Part shown: piece after piece, positions 53,764-63,610 of the stretch | How the letters are laid out: each line of letters opens with the position of its first letter | Position numbering within the stretch: position 1 is the first letter of the stretch | Assembly: GCA_963675495.1 (NCBI GenBank) | Contig: OY776215.1 | Coordinates: forward strand, 1,440,001-1,504,000 | Reading direction: 5' to 3' | DNA length: 64,000 nt | Origin: an uncultured Methanolobus sp. | GTDB lineage: Archaea; Halobacteriota; Methanosarcinia; Methanosarcinales; Methanosarcinaceae | Program-made: the position numbers and the translations under genes | The notes under the pieces: generated by a model | What the model saw: the letters and a program-made list of their open reading frames with translations, nothing else | What the model was told of the DNA's origin: nothing | Database searches by the model: none

Positions 53764-54549
53764 ATGAAAAAAGAAGTAACCAAAAAAGTGAAGCGTATAG
53801 ACACAGATGTCGACAAACTACGCATGAAGCGCAAGGACACAGATACGCTCAAAGTAACAGACAATGTATTTGATGATCCCACCCTGAAAACTCTTTACAC
53901 CTTATCTAATAAAGGAATAATCAGGGCTCTGGGCGGCCCTATTAGCACTGGAAAAGAGGCAAATGTATTCCTTGCAGAAGGAGAAGAAAAAAACGTTGCA
54001 ATTAAAATTTATAGAATATCATCAAGCACTTTCAACTCAATGGAAGACTACATTTTAGGAGACCCACGTTTCAGGAACGTGAGACATTCCAAACGTGACA
54101 TTATTTTTGCATGGACAAAAAAAGAGCAAAGAAATCTCATACGTGCTAAAGAAGCAGGCATTCGAGTCCCCGAACCAATAATTGCTGAACGTAATGTCCT
54201 CGTAATGGAATTTATGGGAAAAGACGAAAAACCATACCCTCAGCTAAAAGACGTCCGTCTTGAAAAAGAAATGGCAAGGACAATATTTGATTCAATCGTA
54301 CATTACATAGACCTCCTGTACAACGAAGCAAATCTTGTGCATGGAGACCTGAGCGAATACAACATATTAATAATTCCAGAAACAGGCGAAACTGTGTTCA
54401 TAGATATGGGACAATCAGTAACCAGTGAACACCCCCGTTCAAGAGAATTCCTGTTAAGAGACATAGAGAACATCATACGCTACTTTAAAAAATACAGCAT
54501 CGATGAAGATTCACAACAATTATATTCATCGATCCGGAACAAAGAATAA
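53764..54549 (+). CDS. rio1: Rio1 atypical serine kinase
   Basis: Motifs STGKEANV, AIKIY, YILGDPRF, HGDLSEYN, IDMGQ. Confidence 0.95.
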   Translation: MKKEVTKKVKRIDTDVDKLRMKRKDTDTLKVTDNVFDDPTLKTLYTLSNKGIIRALGGPISTGKEANVFLAEGEEKNVAIKIYRISSSTFNSMEDYILGDPRFRNVRHSKRDIIFAWTKKEQRNLIRAKEAGIRVPEPIIAERNVLVMEFMGKDEKPYPQLKDVRLEKEMARTIFDSIVHYIDLLYNEANLVHGDLSEYNILIIPETGETVFIDMGQSVTSEHPRSREFLLRDIENIIRYFKKYSIDEDSQQLYSSIRNKE

Positions 54550-54592
54550 AAAATACGAATTATTGATTTATAATTATCAAAGGTAGATTTAT

Positions 54593-55129
54593 ATGACACA
54601 CATTAAAATTCCTAAAGAGCGAGTTGGCGCCATAATTGGACCAAAAGGCCGCGTCAAGCAGATAATAGAAAGCAAATCAACAGCTAAACTGGACATAGAC
54701 AGTGATAGCGGAGTTGTAGAGATTATCCCCGGAGATGATCCAGTTGGCGCAATGAAAGCTGCAGACGTAGTCAACGCCATTGCCAGAGGCTTCAATCCGG
54801 ACAAGACATTTACAATGTTCGATGATGACATGCTAATGCTCGAAGTGATTGACATTTCAAAACATGCAAATACACAAAAAGACCTGCTTCGCCTCAAAGG
54901 AAGGATAATAGGAAAAGGCGGAAAGACAAGGGAAATAACTGAGAGACTGATAGGCATAAAGATGTCGGTCTATGGAAAGACCGTAAGTGTAATCGGAACA
55001 CCCGAACAGAACCAAATAGCAAGAACATCCATTGAAATGCTCATAGAAGGAGCAAACCATGGAAGCGTATACAGCTATCTTGAGAAAAAGAGACAGGATT
55101 TGATTCAGTCCCAGCTTGACTCCTACTAA
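54593..55129 (+). CDS. Dim2/Pno1-like double-KH rRNA processing protein
   Basis: Motifs GAIIGPKG, AIARGF, GRIIGKGGK, HGSVY. Confidence 0.92.
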   Translation: MTHIKIPKERVGAIIGPKGRVKQIIESKSTAKLDIDSDSGVVEIIPGDDPVGAMKAADVVNAIARGFNPDKTFTMFDDDMLMLEVIDISKHANTQKDLLRLKGRIIGKGGKTREITERLIGIKMSVYGKTVSVIGTPEQNQIARTSIEMLIEGANHGSVYSYLEKKRQDLIQSQLDSY

Positions 55130-55202
55130 GAGATATGACACAGTAGTATGTCTCCCAGAAAATATTAATACTTCTTAATCATAATTTATTAGAGGCACAC
55201 AG

Positions 55203-55898
55203 ATGAGAGGATATACTAATAGTTCCGAAATAAGAACCTATGCAGCGTTCATGCTAATATTGCTCCCTACGGCAGCACTTTGCTACAAAGGACAGCTATC
55301 TATCGGAACTATTGGCTCTACACCACTTATTATACTTATTTTCACAATGATCAGTGGATCTGTAATAGAGATACCAATAACAACAATACGCTCTAAAAAA
55401 CCGGAGCAGCTTTTCAAATACGCACCTATTCTTGAAGATATTTACTCGGTCCCAATAGTGAAAGAACTAAGCATTGGAAAACAGAGAGTTTTTGATACAA
55501 CACTAACCATAAACGTAGGAGGGGCAATTGTACCAGCCCTTGCATCAATATACCTGTTGCTAACGCAACCTAACAACACAGCTCTTGAAATTATGCTCAT
55601 TGTGCTAGTTTCAGTTATCCTGCTATCAGGACCAATAGCCGGAGTTGGAACAATAATACCCGAATACATCGGGCTAATAGCACTCCCATTTGCACTCATA
55701 ATCGCACCGGAAAATGCAGCATCAATAACATTCATTGCAGGAGTTGGAGGCATAATTATTGGCAATATAATATCAGTTGTTACGTTCAATAAAGAAAAAA
55801 CAGGTAGTGCTTTTATAAGCATTGGAGGAGTCGGGGCTTTCAAACCCATATACATTACAACAATAATTGCCAGTTTGATATCATATTTCATCTATTGA
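55203..55898 (+). CDS. DUF1614-like membrane protein
   Basis: Motifs GS.IEIP, INVGGAIVP, SIGG.GAF; multiple TM segments. Confidence 0.75.
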   Translation: MRGYTNSSEIRTYAAFMLILLPTAALCYKGQLSIGTIGSTPLIILIFTMISGSVIEIPITTIRSKKPEQLFKYAPILEDIYSVPIVKELSIGKQRVFDTTLTINVGGAIVPALASIYLLLTQPNNTALEIMLIVLVSVILLSGPIAGVGTIIPEYIGLIALPFALIIAPENAASITFIAGVGGIIIGNIISVVTFNKEKTGSAFISIGGVGAFKPIYITTIIASLISYFIY

Positions 55899-56789
55899 CA
55901 TGCCCAGCCTCTCTGCCCGACGCTTTTCAATTCTATCCTGTAAGACCTTAGAAGGGATATTAAGAGCTCTGTATTTAGCTATGCCATTGTTTGTAAAGCG
56001 GAATGGCTGAGGAGTATGATCCACACGAGTTGCCCTCATTTTCTGAACTGCCATTACAGGCATAGGAGTCGTGTCAATATCATTTGTCTGAATGAAGTCA
56101 AGGAAGATGACACCATCACCCAGAAAATCAAAATCATCATATTGTTTTGTTTCAATACCATAAGCCTTTTCAGTTACAAGAATCGCAGTGGTCATATTCT
56201 TTTTAAGCAATCTGTGAAGACCACGCCATGAAGTAGAGGTCCTAAAATCACCGGGCGCAGTAAGGACATTCATAGAATCAAAAACTACCCGATCAGGTTT
56301 ATGCGAATCAAGTATTTCCATCATTTCTTCAGAAGTAAGCATAGATATCCCGAATATCTCAAGATAACCATCATCAATATACTTGCCAACATCCCATCCA
56401 AATCGTGCAAAATGTTGGACAAGCTGTTGTGCCCTTTCTTCGAATGAAAAGAAAATACACCTTTCACCGTTTTTGGCGCCTTCCATTAAATACTGCATGG
56501 ACAGAGTAGTCTTACCAGTGCCAGGAGGACCAGTTATAACTACAGAAAATCCTTTAGGAAAGCCCCCCTCCAGAAAATCATCCATCCCAGGGACACCAGT
56601 AGTCACCCTTTTGATCAAACGATCGATATTCTGAGTATCAAGCTTTGCTTTGAAACGTGTAGAATCAAGATTAAGAAGTGCTTTTTCAAGTACTACATTT
56701 TTTGCGCCAAGTTCCTTCTCATATCTCTCAAGGACTTTTATTGCATCTGCGCTCAATGTAGTATGGATTGGGAATTTGGTTTTCATCAC
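55881..56789 (-). CDS. KaiC/RAD55-like ATPase with N-terminal extension
   Basis: TGVPGMD..LEGGFP, GPPGTGKT Walker A, FEE, VFDS, KMRAT. Confidence 0.9.
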   Translation of the reverse strand: MMKTKFPIHTTLSADAIKVLERYEKELGAKNVVLEKALLNLDSTRFKAKLDTQNIDRLIKRVTTGVPGMDDFLEGGFPKGFSVVITGPPGTGKTTLSMQYLMEGAKNGERCIFFSFEERAQQLVQHFARFGWDVGKYIDDGYLEIFGISMLTSEEMMEILDSHKPDRVVFDSMNVLTAPGDFRTSTSWRGLHRLLKKNMTTAILVTEKAYGIETKQYDDFDFLGDGVIFLDFIQTNDIDTTPMPVMAVQKMRATRVDHTPQPFRFTNNGIAKYRALNIPSKVLQDRIEKRRAERLGMSIDEI

Positions 56790-56869
56790 ACCACCATATG
56801 CACATAATACGCCATTATATATTTAAAGTGTTATGGTAATGTGAACATACATAAATTATTATGAACACA

Positions 56870-58231
56870 TCAGTCTGAGATAAAACCTTCACCAGGAAGG
56901 AAATTTCCGCGGCCTCTTGATGCTATTAACTCCCCATCCCATACCACCTCACCTCGCGCTATCGTGAATTCTGGGAAAATACCATCCATACCTTCATAGG
57001 GCGTCCATCCAGCTTTACTATGAAGATCATCACCTTTTATTTCAGTGACATTCCCCGGGTCAACTACTATAATATCAGCATCAGAGCCTTCGGCAAAAAC
57101 GCCCTTAGAATATCGATCAAGACCGAATATCCTTGCAGGATTCCTGCTGGTCACTTCTATCATGCGCCCCAGAGGAATAAGGTTCCTTTTGACCGCAACA
57201 AGCATCAGAGGCATTAATGTTTCAACGCCCGGGACACCAGAAGGAGCAGTTTTGATATCCTGATCCTTTTCAGCTTCTGTGTGCGGCGCATGGTCAGAAG
57301 CCACTACATCTATAGTGCCATCATTAAGAGAATTCAGAAGCATTTTGACACTCCTGCGGTCCCTGAGAGGAGGATTCATCCTGCCAAATGAGCCCAGTCT
57401 TTCCCAATCCTTAGTTGAAAGGAACAGGTGATGCGGCGCAGCTTCACTTGTAATAGTAGGAGATATACCACTTTTAGTAGCAAAATATCGTTCTTTGCGC
57501 AAAAGTCCAGTGGATTCAAAAGCACTTATGTGACAAAAATGAGCCTTAGCACCATTCTTCTTAATCAACTGTATAGCTTTTTCAACAGCAAAAGCCTCAC
57601 AGTGATTAGGGCGCGCCCTTGAGTGAGAGTCGGGCGACATGTCATTTTTCAGGAAAGCCTCACATTCAAGCCTTATCTTATCATCTTCAGCATGAATACA
57701 GGCAAGTGCATCAAGCTGCTTAAGTACAGCCAGTGCTTCATCAAGACATTTCTCATCTATATTCAAAGCGCCTGTGGATTCGGCCATAAATATTTCTCCA
57801 AAGGCACTTGCCCCAAGCTCCCAAAGCTCAGGAAGTTTTTCAATGTTACCCGTAACTCCCCCATAAATACCGAAATCCACAACTGAATTACGATTTGCAA
57901 TCTTCAGTTTTTCCTTGAAAGATTTTCTGTCGATGGTCGGAGGAATGGTATTTGGGTGATCAATAACCGTCGTTATTCCACCTGCTGCTGCCGAACACGA
58001 ACCAGTGTACCAGTCTTCTTTTTCAGTCAGGCCAGGGTCCCTGAAATGAACATGGACATCTATCCCCGCAGGTAATGTCAATGAACCTTTTGCATCAATT
58101 GTCTGGTTCAACCTCTGGGCATCTATCTTTTTAGATATTTGAATGATCTTGCCATCTTCAATCAGGACTTCGGCTGGCTGAAGATAATTATTGAAAAATA
58201 CTTTTGTGTTCTTGATCAGAATATCAGGCAT
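56870..58231 (-). CDS. pyrC: Dihydroorotase
   Basis: Motifs DVHVHFRDPG, PNT.P, HAED, HIS, NPPLR, SDHAPH, GVPG. Confidence 0.93.
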   Translation of the reverse strand: MPDILIKNTKVFFNNYLQPAEVLIEDGKIIQISKKIDAQRLNQTIDAKGSLTLPAGIDVHVHFRDPGLTEKEDWYTGSCSAAAGGITTVIDHPNTIPPTIDRKSFKEKLKIANRNSVVDFGIYGGVTGNIEKLPELWELGASAFGEIFMAESTGALNIDEKCLDEALAVLKQLDALACIHAEDDKIRLECEAFLKNDMSPDSHSRARPNHCEAFAVEKAIQLIKKNGAKAHFCHISAFESTGLLRKERYFATKSGISPTITSEAAPHHLFLSTKDWERLGSFGRMNPPLRDRRSVKMLLNSLNDGTIDVVASDHAPHTEAEKDQDIKTAPSGVPGVETLMPLMLVAVKRNLIPLGRMIEVTSRNPARIFGLDRYSKGVFAEGSDADIIVVDPGNVTEIKGDDLHSKAGWTPYEGMDGIFPEFTIARGEVVWDGELIASRGRGNFLPGEGFISD

Positions 58232-58444
58232 AGTGTCCTATATCCTATTGGAAGTATATGCCCTTTATGATAGTAACCAACAAGACAAATTAGTGACAGT
58301 AATATATAGATATATAGCGACTATATATACATACCATTCAAACATAGATTCTGTATGCATATATATTGTACAGACATAACCCTTATGTATCGATTTTGTT
58401 ATGATTCACTGACAAGTTAAATTAACGAAATGGTGAACTAGAAT

Positions 58445-59341
58445 ATGATATCTGGAAAATTATTAAAGAACATTACAATTTGTTCTATGGTACTGTTAAT
58501 TATTGCAACTGCATTCATTGGAATCGGTTGTGTCGACCAGGAAGAAACAAGCGCAGGCGAAACAGAGGATGTTGCATCAGAACCTGCAAGTATGATCATA
58601 AAGGGTTCAGACACTGTGCTCCCACTTTCCCAGGCAGAAGCTGAAGAATTCATGTACGCTAACCCCGACACAAGTATCACAGTTATCGGTGGTGGCTCTG
58701 GAGTAGGAATTGCTGCACTTATCGATGGTGAGATAGAGGTTGCAATGGCTTCAAGACAGATCAAGGACTCCGAGATGGAAAATGCACAGGCAAATGGAAT
58801 TAACCCTGTAGAACATGTTATTGCATGGGATGGAATCGCAGTCGTAGTAAACCCTGAGAATCCAGTAACAGAACTCACATTCGAACAGCTCAAGAGCATT
58901 TATGACGGAAGTGTAAGCAACTGGGCAGACGTAGGTGGTGAGGATCTTGCAATCACAGTAATCACACGTGACAGCAGTTCAGGAACCTACGGATACTTCC
59001 AGGAAGAAGTACTTCTTGATGAAGAATATCGTCAGGATGCACTTGTACAGCCAGCTACCGGTGCGATCGTACAGGAAGTTGCACAGAACACAGGAGCCAT
59101 AGGATACATCGGCTACGCATACCTTGATGAAAGTGTCGCAGCACTCGCACTTGATGGTGGAGAAGGTTTTGTAGAAGCTACCCCTGAGAACATTATGAGC
59201 GGTGACTACCCACTTGCAAGACCACTTCACTACTACACTAACGGTGAACCAGCAGGACTTGCAAAGGAATACCTTGACTACGTATTAAGTTCCACAGGAC
59301 AGGACATAGTTTCTGATGTTGGATACTTCCCGGTGAATTAA
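58445..59341 (+). CDS. pstS: Phosphate ABC transporter substrate-binding lipoprotein
   Basis: IGC lipobox, GSDTV.P, GGGSGVG, ASR, RD.SSGT, YPLARPL. Confidence 0.94.
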   Translation: MISGKLLKNITICSMVLLIIATAFIGIGCVDQEETSAGETEDVASEPASMIIKGSDTVLPLSQAEAEEFMYANPDTSITVIGGGSGVGIAALIDGEIEVAMASRQIKDSEMENAQANGINPVEHVIAWDGIAVVVNPENPVTELTFEQLKSIYDGSVSNWADVGGEDLAITVITRDSSSGTYGYFQEEVLLDEEYRQDALVQPATGAIVQEVAQNTGAIGYIGYAYLDESVAALALDGGEGFVEATPENIMSGDYPLARPLHYYTNGEPAGLAKEYLDYVLSSTGQDIVSDVGYFPVN

Positions 59342-59365
59342 AATCATCCGGTATCAGAGGAATAG

Positions 59366-60253
59366 ATGTCGAATAGATACCTTAAGGAAAAGGGCATTGA
59401 GTCATTGCTCTTTGCATCAGGAGCGGTGGCAGTAGTTGCCCTTTTCCTCCTTTGTATATTTTTATTCCGCGATGGATTACTCCTATTTGAAGAATATCCA
59501 TTCAGTAGTTTTTTAACTGATACAAAGTGGTTCCCTACATCAGATCCCGAACATTTCGGGCTTTTACCACTATTTTTGGGATCCCTGATAGTAACTGTAG
59601 GAGCAATACTATTTTCAGTACCACTGGGAATAGCAGCAGCAATATACATATCAGAACTTGCTAACCCGAAAGTTGCCAGTTTTTTAAAACCAATTACCGA
59701 AATACTTGCAGGCATACCATCTGTGGTTTATGGATTCTTTGGCCTTGTAGTACTGGTCCCTGTTGTCCAGAAAACACTGCAAATACCAACCGGACAAACA
59801 GCCCTGACCGGATCTATAATGCTTGGAATAATGGCATTACCCACAATAATATCCATATCAGAAGATGCCATCAGCTCAGTTCCAAGAGCAATAAAAGAAG
59901 GATCACTTGCGCTTGGATCCACAAAATGGCAGACAATATACAAAGTAACAGTACCTGCAGCGCTTTCAGGAATATCAGCAGCTGTCATGCTTGGAATTGG
60001 AAGAGCTATCGGCGAAACAATGACAGTGATGATGGTAACAGGAAATTCAGCCGTAATCCCGGGATTCCCCTCTGGACTGTTTGCACCTGTTAGAACCATG
60101 ACAGCTACCATTGCACTGGAAATGGGAGAAGTGCCCCAGGGAAGTGATCACTTTCATGCACTTTTTGCAATCGGTTCTGTACTTTTCATAACTACATTCA
60201 TAATCAACATCATAGCCAACTACATAAAAAGGAGATATAGGTTCGACCTGTGA
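59366..60253 (+). CDS. pstC: Phosphate ABC transporter permease
   Basis: Motifs LAGIPSVVYG, EGSLALG, GRAIGETM. Confidence 0.95.
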   Translation: MSNRYLKEKGIESLLFASGAVAVVALFLLCIFLFRDGLLLFEEYPFSSFLTDTKWFPTSDPEHFGLLPLFLGSLIVTVGAILFSVPLGIAAAIYISELANPKVASFLKPITEILAGIPSVVYGFFGLVVLVPVVQKTLQIPTGQTALTGSIMLGIMALPTIISISEDAISSVPRAIKEGSLALGSTKWQTIYKVTVPAALSGISAAVMLGIGRAIGETMTVMMVTGNSAVIPGFPSGLFAPVRTMTATIALEMGEVPQGSDHFHALFAIGSVLFITTFIINIIANYIKRRYRFDL

Positions 60254-61116
60254 TAACCATGTTCTCCAATGCAAAACTCAATGAAAAAATAGCCTTTACG
60301 CTATTAAAAATCGCAACTGGAATGGTTGTTGCATTTGTACTGGTAATCCTGTATTATATCATATCCAATGGATACAGTGCCCTCAGTTTCGAATTTATAA
60401 CCAGCATGCCCAAAAACAGAATGACAGAGGGCGGCATTTACCCGGCAATAGTAGGAACCATGTACCTGATAGCAGGTTCAATGGCAGTTGCCCTGCCACT
60501 AGGAATGCTAGCTGCCATTTATCTTACAGAGTACGCAAAGCCCGGAAAAACCACATGGGCAATTGAAATGGCAATCAGTAACCTTGCAGGAACACCTTCT
60601 GTAGTCTTCGGGCTGTTTGGTCTTGCAATGTTTGTGAAATATCTGGACCTTGGAGCCTCCATACTTTCTGCCTCTTTAACACTCGCACTGTTGATCCTGC
60701 CCGTAATAATAAGAGCAAGTCAGGAAGCCCTCCTGACCGTTCCCAAAGAATATAGGGAAGCTTCACTTGCGCTTGGGGTCACTAAGTGGGAAACCATCAG
60801 AAGAGTAGTTCTGCCTGCTGCAATTCCCGGAATGATAACCGGTGCAATACTTAGTATTGGAAGAGTTGCAGGAGAAACTGCACCAATATTGCTTACAGGA
60901 GCAGCCTACTTCCTCCCAAGACTGCCAAATTCTGTGTATTCACAATTCATGGCATTACCATACCATCTGTATGTACTTGCTACCTCAGGCACAAGCATTG
61001 CGCAGACAAGACCAATACAATACGGCACAGCACTCATACTGCTTATAATCGTACTTTGTGTGAACGTTGTTGCAGTAAGTCTAAGATCACACTACAGGAA
61101 AAAATTACAGAGATAA
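60250..61116 (+). CDS. pstA: Phosphate ABC transporter permease
   Basis: Motifs LAGTPSVVFG, REASLALG, RVAGETAP. Confidence 0.95.
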   Translation: MITMFSNAKLNEKIAFTLLKIATGMVVAFVLVILYYIISNGYSALSFEFITSMPKNRMTEGGIYPAIVGTMYLIAGSMAVALPLGMLAAIYLTEYAKPGKTTWAIEMAISNLAGTPSVVFGLFGLAMFVKYLDLGASILSASLTLALLILPVIIRASQEALLTVPKEYREASLALGVTKWETIRRVVLPAAIPGMITGAILSIGRVAGETAPILLTGAAYFLPRLPNSVYSQFMALPYHLYVLATSGTSIAQTRPIQYGTALILLIIVLCVNVVAVSLRSHYRKKLQR

Positions 61117-61162
61117 TTCCAGTCAACTCCCAATTTTACATAAAGATCAAAGAGGATAATAC

Positions 61163-61933
61163 ATGCCAGAAACTTACGAAAACGGTACAGAAATAGAGGT
61201 CAAAGACCTTAACCTCTGGTACGGAGATAACCATGCTCTCCACGACATATCAATAGATATTCCAAAAAATAGCGTCACTGCATTTATTGGCCCATCAGGA
61301 TGTGGAAAATCCACATTCCTAAGGTGTCTGAACAGGATGAACGATCTAATTCCAACTTGCCGTATAGAAGGCCAGGTAAACATTAGTGATGAGGACATAT
61401 ATACTAAAGAAATGGATGTCGTTGACCTCAGAAAAAGAGTAGGCATGGTATTCCAGAAACCAAATCCATTTCCAATGTCCATTTTCGATAATATTGCATA
61501 CGGTCCTCGTATCCATGGAATGGATAAAAAGAAGATGGGAAAAATTGTGGAGAATGCACTTGAATCAGGTGCACTTTTTGATGAAGTATCTGACAGGTTG
61601 AATGTTTCAGCGCTGGACCTAAGTGGTGGTCAGCAACAGAGATTATGCATTGCAAGAACACTCGCAGTAAAACCTGAGGTCATACTTTTTGATGAACCGT
61701 GCAGCGCACTGGACCCCATATCCACCAGTAAAATTGAAGATCTTATATTAGAGCTTAAAAAAGAGTATACAATTGTTATTGTAACACATAATATGCAACA
61801 AGCTGCCAGGATATCTGACTATACAGCATTCTTCCTGCTGGGCGATCTTATAGAATTCGGAAAGACAAACCAAATATTTGAAAATCCACAGATGAAAGAA
61901 ACGGAAGATTATATCACCGGCAGATTCGGGTGA
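61163..61933 (+). CDS. pstB: Phosphate ABC transporter ATPase
   Basis: Motifs [32 protein letters not shown]. Confidence 0.96.
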   Translation: MPETYENGTEIEVKDLNLWYGDNHALHDISIDIPKNSVTAFIGPSGCGKSTFLRCLNRMNDLIPTCRIEGQVNISDEDIYTKEMDVVDLRKRVGMVFQKPNPFPMSIFDNIAYGPRIHGMDKKKMGKIVENALESGALFDEVSDRLNVSALDLSGGQQQRLCIARTLAVKPEVILFDEPCSALDPISTSKIEDLILELKKEYTIVIVTHNMQQAARISDYTAFFLLGDLIEFGKTNQIFENPQMKETEDYITGRFG

Positions 61934-61939
61934 ACTAAA

Positions 61940-62590
61940 ATGACACGCACATTGTTTCAGCAAAACCTAGAAAGCCTTAAAGGATACATCAGTAAAATGG
62001 GAGAACTATCCCATGAAGCACTCGTTAATTCAGTACAAGCCCTTAGTACACATGATTTGGAACTTGGAGAAAAGGTCATTCAAGGCGACGAAATAATTGA
62101 TGAGTACGAATTAAAGATTGAAAAATGTGTCACACAATTGATCTCACGCCAGAATCCAACAGCAGGAGATATGAGACTTGTGATTTCCTGCTTCAAAATA
62201 GCAATCGATCTCGAAAGAATGAGTGACCTTGCTGTGGATATTGCCAGCATTACCAAGTGCATAAAACAAGAAAACACAGAACCATTAGACAATATATTAA
62301 AAATGGCTGAACTGTGTGATGAAATATTGAAACAGACACTCAAAGCATTTGAGATACTTGATAAAGAACTGGCACGTGCAACTGCCTTAAAAGATGACGA
62401 GATTGACAAGCTATTTTATGGAACACAGACAAAACTCATTGAAATGATGCGTGAAGACAAAGCAATGATCAGCAATGCATCTTACCTTCTACTGATACTC
62501 CGCTACCTTGAAAGATTCGGAGATCACGCATGTAATATATGTGAAAGTATTTTCTATATTACGGAAGGTCAGAGAGTAGATCTCAATTAA
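61940..62590 (+). CDS. phoU: Phosphate signalling protein PhoU (copy 1)
   Basis: Motifs P.AGDMR, DLERMSDLA, LERFGDHACNICE. Confidence 0.94.
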   Translation: MTRTLFQQNLESLKGYISKMGELSHEALVNSVQALSTHDLELGEKVIQGDEIIDEYELKIEKCVTQLISRQNPTAGDMRLVISCFKIAIDLERMSDLAVDIASITKCIKQENTEPLDNILKMAELCDEILKQTLKAFEILDKELARATALKDDEIDKLFYGTQTKLIEMMREDKAMISNASYLLLILRYLERFGDHACNICESIFYITEGQRVDLN

Positions 62591-62959
62591 GTTCAGAGCA
62601 AATTGTAGATAGCACTCATAAAAGTCCGGCAGGAAATAGAGACCTGCTATCTACAATAAACGACCATTTTACTTTCTTTTTTATAAAAATATGGGAAAGA
62701 ATCCCAAACATTCTGGAATTAAACTTCCTTTAAATTAATACTGTTTATGGCATTTGCCATATAACCATCAGCTCGTTTCATAAATGCCCCTGAAGAGTAA
62801 ATCCAGATACTCACAAATAATATTGTTGCGTGAATATTAATATGGAAAATGATATATACAAAGCAAATAAATAAACTATATATACCTATATATGACTAAA
62901 TAAAATAAATATGGCAGACCAATGCAAATCAAAATAATAAGAAAGATTCAGGTGAAAAA

Positions 62960-63610
62960 ATGACACGTACAAAATATCATGAAACACTCGATGTTTTAAA
63001 AAATGACGTAACAAATATGGGCAATCTCGCACATGCTGCCATAAATAACTCCATTATATCTTTGAAAGAACTAGACATTGATCTTGCAGAAAGCGTTATT
63101 GAAGGAGATCAGGAAATTGACGATTATGAAATGAAAATCGAGAAAGCCATTTCCCAGATCATAGCACTTCAAAGTCCTACTGCAGGAGACATGAGACTGG
63201 TTACATCATGCCTTAAAATAGCAATTGACATCGAAAGGATGAGTGATCTCGCAGTAAATATCGCAAAGATAACTGAGGAAATCGAAGGAGAACATGTCAA
63301 GCCTCTTGTAGACATACCAAAAATGGCAGAATCCGCCAATATCATGCTTGAGCAGGCAATGAAAGCTTTTGCAAATAATGATATGGAACTGGCAGAGTCA
63401 ACTGCAAAAAGAGATGATGAGATCGATAGAACATTCTATGCAATAGAAAAAGATTTAATTGAGATGATGATAAAAGATGACAGCATAATAACCAATGCAT
63501 CGCACCTTCTGTTCGTACTCCGCTATATTGAAAGGATAGGTGACCACGCCTGCAACATTTGTGAAAGTGTGGTATATAGCGCATCTGGAAAAAGATTAGA
63601 TCTGAATTAA
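62960..63610 (+). CDS. phoU: Phosphate signalling protein PhoU (copy 2)
   Basis: Motifs PTAGDMR, DIERMSDLA, IERIGDHACNICE. Confidence 0.94.
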   Translation: MTRTKYHETLDVLKNDVTNMGNLAHAAINNSIISLKELDIDLAESVIEGDQEIDDYEMKIEKAISQIIALQSPTAGDMRLVTSCLKIAIDIERMSDLAVNIAKITEEIEGEHVKPLVDIPKMAESANIMLEQAMKAFANNDMELAESTAKRDDEIDRTFYAIEKDLIEMMIKDDSIITNASHLLFVLRYIERIGDHACNICESVVYSASGKRLDLN

